From an uncultured bacterium (GTDB lineage Bacteria > Verrucomicrobiota > Verrucomicrobiia > Limisphaerales > JACDHS01), in assembly GCA_966095605.1 (NCBI GenBank), contig CBHTTJ010000002.1:8702-72701 (forward strand): a DNA stretch of 64,000 nucleotides, in the 5' to 3' direction. Below the pieces are notes generated by a model, which had not been told where the DNA came from, made no database searches, and saw nothing but the letters and a program-made list of their open reading frames with translations. Below are positions 59,940 through 64,000 of this stretch, piece by piece. Each line of letters begins with the position of its first letter. Within the stretch, counting starts at the first letter, position 1. The translations under genes and the position numbers were made by a program.

Positions 59940-60142
59940 AAACAAATCGATTTCACAGTCAAAGAAGAAAAGGCTCGGCGTCAGCGATCGTGTTGATCCT
60001 CCTTTTTCTTATGGTGACCTATGCCATGACGACCAGTGTGGCATTGAGTAACCTCCAGAAAGAAATGCACGGTGTGGAGGCGCAGCAGATGAAAAAATAC
60101 GCGAAACCTTCCGCGGCGAACGCAGGAAAACCAAACCTATGA
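59936..60142 (+). CDS. tiny GspK-like N-terminal-helix protein
   Basis: 68 aa: ...QRRKGSASAIVLILLFLMVTYAMT, a GspK-style G-S-A-hydrophobic segment with no acidic +5. ATGA overlaps at both ends. Confidence 0.5.
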   Translation: MKTNRFHSQRRKGSASAIVLILLFLMVTYAMTTSVALSNLQKEMHGVEAQQMKKYAKPSAANAGKPNL

Positions 60143-60423
60143 AAACTCCTGAGGAACGGATCGAAATTATTGAGACGTCGCTGCGCTGTTTTCGACGCAG
60201 TTTATGGAGTATCATCCCGATCATCGGAATTGTACCCGCCGTTTCCGCGTTGTTCTGCCATCGACGAGTCCGTCGACTGGCAGGGAAGGAATGGAATCCT
60301 GCTAAAGCGCACTTGATCTGGGGAGCAGTGATCAGTTGGCTGACCCTGGGGAAGAACGCGCTGACAATGGTTTGGGTGTTTATGGTGGTTTACGGTGAAT
60401 GTGGAAGAATATTGTCGCAATAA
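60139..60423 (+). CDS. small two-TM membrane protein of the secretion-like operon
   Basis: 94 aa with hydrophobic segments SLWSIIPIIGIVPAVSALF and LIWGAVISWLTL ... MVWVFMVVY. It is translationally coupled on both sides. Confidence 0.5.
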   Translation: MKTPEERIEIIETSLRCFRRSLWSIIPIIGIVPAVSALFCHRRVRRLAGKEWNPAKAHLIWGAVISWLTLGKNALTMVWVFMVVYGECGRILSQ

Positions 60424-61484
60424 TGGAAAGCTCCGCGCCCAAAATTCTGGAGGATTTAATCGCGAACGCTGAAAAAGCAGGCGCGAGTGATGTGCACTTG
60501 CAAATGGTCGGCGGCACCGCGGAGATTTTGTTTCGTCTGGATGGTGTGATGACGCCTGTAACGACTCTGCCGGAAGGAACCGCCGAGCGCGTGTTCGGGC
60601 GCATCAAATTTTTGGGTCGACTTAAGACATATCAGGAGTCAATGCCGCAGGACGGGCGGATCGCAAAAGCAGAAATTCATTCGCGAAACGATATTCGCGT
60701 GGCGACGTATCCGACGGTTACGGGCGAAAAAATCGTCCTTCGGTTATTCCTCAGCGACGAGGCGAAATCCCTGGATGAACTCGCCTTTTCTGAGGAAATT
60801 ATTTCTGAATTGAAAAAAACCTTGCAGCAAACCTCTGGGCTCTTGTTGCTCACGGGACCGGCCGGCAGCGGGAAGACGACGACGATTTACGGCTGTTTGC
60901 GTCATCTGTTGCAAAAGGGTGGACGCCATATCATCACGGTGGAAGATCCGGTCGAGCAGGTGATGCCCGGGATCATGCAGACCGAAATCAATGAAGCGCG
61001 TGGACTGAATTTCGCCACGGCTTCACGTCATCTGTTGCGACAGGACCCGGAAGTCATGGTGATTGGAGAAATTCGTGACAACGACACGGCGAATCTGGCG
61101 GTGCGCGCGGCTTTGACGGGACACCTGGTAATTTCCACGTTGCACGCCGGTTCCTGCAAAGGAGTTTTCGAGCGGCTGCTCTCGATGTGCGAAGACCGTT
61201 ACGCCGTCATTGCCGCGGTGGAAATGGTGCTGAACCAGCGGTTGCTCCGAAAAATTTGCACCAAATGCGGAGGGGCAGGGTGCATTGATTGTTTGAAGAC
61301 AGGATTTCAGGGGCGGATCGGCATCGCAGAATTTGTCCGCATCAATGATTCGCTTCGCTCCGCACTAAAACGCGAAGGTGCAGAGGCGATTAATGTGGAA
61401 AGTTCGCTGGAGAACGAGGCGGCGAAGCTGTTGGCGAGGGGAATTACCCGGCAAAGCGAGTTGGACCGTATCTTCGGGCGCTAA
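60423..61484 (+). CDS. short GspE/PilB-family secretion ATPase (ComGA-sized)
   Basis: 353 aa from ATG 60423, with a TAATG overlap. It has GASDVHLQ, Walker A LLLTGPAGSGKTTT, Asp box IITVEDPVEQ, Walker B VMVIGEIRD, His box TGHLVISTLHAG and a compact Cys4 (CTKCGGAGCIDC). There is no N1 domain. Confidence 0.85.
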   Translation: MESSAPKILEDLIANAEKAGASDVHLQMVGGTAEILFRLDGVMTPVTTLPEGTAERVFGRIKFLGRLKTYQESMPQDGRIAKAEIHSRNDIRVATYPTVTGEKIVLRLFLSDEAKSLDELAFSEEIISELKKTLQQTSGLLLLTGPAGSGKTTTIYGCLRHLLQKGGRHIITVEDPVEQVMPGIMQTEINEARGLNFATASRHLLRQDPEVMVIGEIRDNDTANLAVRAALTGHLVISTLHAGSCKGVFERLLSMCEDRYAVIAAVEMVLNQRLLRKICTKCGGAGCIDCLKTGFQGRIGIAEFVRINDSLRSALKREGAEAINVESSLENEAAKLLARGITRQSELDRIFGR

Positions 61485-61547
61485 AAATTTTCTCAACGAT
61501 TTCAAAAATCATTTGCGTTTGGGAACATTTTCGCAACACTCGCGCGC

Positions 61548-62735
61548 ATGAAGAAAACATCTTCGCCTTCGAAAAAATTTGCAGCTTATCCACGCCTGAA
61601 TCCGCTCGGCATCGGCAAAAATGTTTCCGCCGCCGACCTGATTGATGAAACTTTCCTCGCCTACAACGGCGGACGCCTCCGTGAGGCGGCGCAATTGCTC
61701 GCGCAGAAGATGTTGCCGGATGATGGTTTCATTGGCATGTCCCTCACGGGCGCCCTGACACCGGCTGGTCTTGGGAAAAGCTGCCTGATTCCCATGATGA
61801 AGGCGGGATTCGTGGACTGGATTGTTTCCACCGGCGCGAATCTTTATCACGATTTGCACTACGGTCTCGACATGCAGCTGTACGCAGGATCGCCATTCCT
61901 GGACGACCGCGCGCTGCACAAGGATGGTGTCATTCGCATCTACGACATTCTTTTTGATTACAACGTGTTGCTCGACACGGATGCTTTCGTGCGCGAAGTC
62001 ATACAGGGACCGGAATTCCAAAAGTCCATGGGGACAGATGAATTTCATTACCTGCTTGGCAAATATGTTTCCCAACGCGGTAAGAAACTGGGTTTGAAGG
62101 ATTCTTCCGTTCTCGCGACGGCCTACGAATGCGGGATTCCTGTGTTCACCAGCAGCCCTGGCGATAGTTCCATCGGGATGAACGTCGCGGCCATGGCGTT
62201 GCGCGACTCGGCGCTAATGATCGATGTGAATCGCGACGTGAATCAAACGGCCTCCATTGTTTACGAGGCGAAGTCGAGCAAACACAAATCAAGTGTGTTC
62301 ATTCTTGGCGGTGGTTCTCCAAAAAACTTCATGCTCCAAACGGAGCCGCAGATTCAGGAAGTGATGGGTATCCAGGAGCGTGGTCACGATTATTTCCTGC
62401 AATGCACGGATGCGCGTCCTGATACCGGTGGCTTAAGCGGCGCGACGCCAGCAGAAGCGGTGAGCTGGGGCAAAGTTGATCCGGATACTTTGCCTGATTG
62501 CGTAGTTTGCTATACTGATTCGACCATCGCGTTGCCATTGCTTACCGCCTACTGCCTCAGTCGCGTGAAGCCACGCAAATTGAAGCGGCTCTATAACCGT
62601 CGTGACGAATTGCTCACGAAAATTAAAAACCAATATTTGAAGACGGGTACGGTAACCAAAGTCACGACCAGCCGCAAAGTCGCCAAGCGAGCGAGCAGCA
62701 TTGGTCTCCCCAAGACGGTCGATCGCGATCGTTAA
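61548..62735 (+). CDS. deoxyhypusine synthase-family (DHS-like) protein
   Basis: 395 aa: [44 protein letters not shown] and [14 protein letters not shown] are DHS-like NAD/spermidine-binding motifs. Confidence 0.75.
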   Translation: MKKTSSPSKKFAAYPRLNPLGIGKNVSAADLIDETFLAYNGGRLREAAQLLAQKMLPDDGFIGMSLTGALTPAGLGKSCLIPMMKAGFVDWIVSTGANLYHDLHYGLDMQLYAGSPFLDDRALHKDGVIRIYDILFDYNVLLDTDAFVREVIQGPEFQKSMGTDEFHYLLGKYVSQRGKKLGLKDSSVLATAYECGIPVFTSSPGDSSIGMNVAAMALRDSALMIDVNRDVNQTASIVYEAKSSKHKSSVFILGGGSPKNFMLQTEPQIQEVMGIQERGHDYFLQCTDARPDTGGLSGATPAEAVSWGKVDPDTLPDCVVCYTDSTIALPLLTAYCLSRVKPRKLKRLYNRRDELLTKIKNQYLKTGTVTKVTTSRKVAKRASSIGLPKTVDRDR

Positions 62736-62787
62736 CATCAGGGATAACCAGCATTTCACCCCGCTTCTCCGTGTTATAACATTTGGC

Positions 62788-63453
62788 ATGGAGAAGCGGC
62801 ATTCTGTCAAACCCACCGCAGTCTCTGGCAACGGCACCCGCACAAATGCGGCGGAGTTTTTGCCGACGCGTCTCACGCTTTCCACCTTGAAGAAAGCCGC
62901 GTCGGCCTGTACGGCGTGTCCATTGTGGAGAACGGGAACGCAAACGGTTTTTGGTGAAGGAAAGCCGACAGCAAAAGTCATTTTTGTAGGCGAACAACCC
63001 GGTAACGACGAAGACATTTCCGGAAAACCTTTCGTGGGGCCGGCCGGAAAGTTTCTCGACCAATGCCTTGAAGAAGCGGGCATTAACCGAGACGACGTGT
63101 ACGTCACCAACGCCGTAAAACATTTCAAATGGGAACCAAAAGGAAAGCGTCGAATTCATAAAAAACCAAACGCCCGCGAAATCGCCGCGTGTCGTCCCTG
63201 GCTCGACGCCGAACTGGATTTGCTAAAACCGAAGGTGCTGGTATCCCTTGGCGCGACCGCTGCGCAGGCCTTGCTTGGAAAAGACTTTCGCGTGACACAA
63301 CAAAGGGGGGAGCTCATCGAATCAAGCCTGGCGGAGAAGGTTATTGCGACTGTTCATCCCTCTTCAATTTTGCGGGCGCCGGATGAGGACACACGCCGTC
63401 TTGAGCGAAAGCGATTCGTGGAGGATTTAAAGAAGGTGGCGCAACTATTGTAA
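62788..63453 (+). CDS. udgX: family-4-related uracil-DNA glycosylase of the UdgX type
   Basis: Start at ATG 62788. It has an Fe-S Cys pattern (CTACPLW ... C ... AACRPW), motif A GEQPG (62989-63003), the R-loop KRRIH (63145-63159) and motif B HPSSILR. Confidence 0.75.
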   Translation: MEKRHSVKPTAVSGNGTRTNAAEFLPTRLTLSTLKKAASACTACPLWRTGTQTVFGEGKPTAKVIFVGEQPGNDEDISGKPFVGPAGKFLDQCLEEAGINRDDVYVTNAVKHFKWEPKGKRRIHKKPNAREIAACRPWLDAELDLLKPKVLVSLGATAAQALLGKDFRVTQQRGELIESSLAEKVIATVHPSSILRAPDEDTRRLERKRFVEDLKKVAQLL

Positions 63454-63500
63454 TGGTCGGCGCACTTGATGCCTTGCCGGGGAATGCTATTGTCCGAGCA

Positions 63501-64000
63501 ATGCAACGTTTTCTCCTGATTTTGCTGGCGATCATTGGCGTCGGTGTGAACGCAGCCGAAACACCTGCGACACTTACCCTCGGTTCTCCCGCTCCCGATT
63601 TCAAACTGCATGGTGTTGATGGGAAAACGTATAAGCTTAAGTCTTTTTCCAGCGCAAAAGTCCTCGTTGTTATTTTTACCTGCAATCATTGCCCCACCGC
63701 GCAGGCCTACGAGGAACGCATCAAAAAAATGGTCGATGAGTACAAGGACAAAGGCGTCGCTTTCGTTGCCATCAATCCGAACGATCCCAAATCGATTCGC
63801 TTAAACGAACTCGGCTACACCGATCTCAGCGATTCCTTTGAAGAGATGAAAATACGAGCGGAATATAAAAAGTTTAATTTTCCTTACCTCGATGATGGCG
63901 AAAGCCAAAGTGTTGCGCGGGCTTATGGCCCGGCGGCCACCCCGCACTCGTTTGTTTTTGATGCCGGTCGCAAGCTGCGTTACGTCGGTCGCATCGATGA
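63501..64000 (+). CDS. exported thioredoxin-fold (TlpA/redoxin-like) protein, 3' partial
   Basis: My own translation, because the ORF is open at the window edge: MQRFLLILLAIIGVGVNAAETPATLTLGSPAPDFKLHGVDGKTYKLKSFSSAKVLVVIFTCNHCPTAQAY... It has a signal peptide and a CxxC motif (CNHC). Confidence 0.75.
   Translation, partial: MQRFLLILLAIIGVGVNAAETPATLTLGSPAPDFKLHGVDGKTYKLKSFSSAKVLVVIFTCNHCPTAQAYEERIKKMVDEYKDKGVAFVAINPNDPKSIRLNELGYTDLSDSFEEMKIRAEYKKFNFPYLDDGESQSVARAYGPAATPHSFVFDAGRKLRYVGRID

Noticed and set aside
62433-63159. 231-aa and 165-aa minus-strand ORFs spanning the DHS-like/UdgX junction
   Set aside because: Both overlap well-supported plus-strand genes and have no recognisable motifs.

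Overview
The window is a 64-kb chromosomal segment from a Gram-negative bacterium. The gene content suggests the PVC superphylum, most likely Verrucomicrobiota: giant Ig-repeat surface proteins, a PA14-multihaem cytochrome, a PVC-type small basic protein and pilin-like signals. This taxonomic call is inference only. I support about 50 CDS. I recognised no rRNA, tRNA, transposase, integrase or cas gene.

Layout:
- 0.4-17 kb: housekeeping and envelope genes (ligA, folD, an rluB-like synthase, two tandem cyclophilins, a lipid kinase, SpmA/B-like, FG-GAP and SH3b proteins).
- 17.2-24.9 kb: an eight-gene minus-strand TonB-dependent uptake operon (AraC, TBDR, PiuC, PepSY, TonB, ExbB, ExbD, coiled-coil protein).
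- 25.9-28.4 kb: an ArsR-SRPBCC-DoxX-YdeI-DUF4256 cluster with a perfect palindromic operator.
- 28.5-32.9 kb: an orphan receiver, a transglutaminase-like protein and a PA14-pentahaem cytochrome c.
- 33.4-56.1 kb: an island of very large secreted proteins (1718, 419, 2956, 1028, 510 and 413 aa).
- 56.9-61.5 kb: a compact, translationally coupled secretion/pilus-like operon (two GspF-like platforms, four tiny pilin-like proteins, a short GspE-like ATPase). It has no secretin, peptidase or major pilin.
- 61.5-64.0 kb: a deoxyhypusine-synthase-like gene, a UdgX-type (KRRIH) uracil-DNA glycosylase and a partial thioredoxin-like gene.

Most unusual non-coding signals: there are two arrays with exactly the same 41-bp period and eight units each.
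- 1-328: a near-perfect tandem repeat, cut by the window edge.
- 33541-33868: only a TTTTCAYYTGAAAA palindrome and its phasing are conserved. It sits in an 885-bp divergent intergenic region upstream of the 1718-aa gene.

All product calls come from motif recognition by eye. No database search was run.
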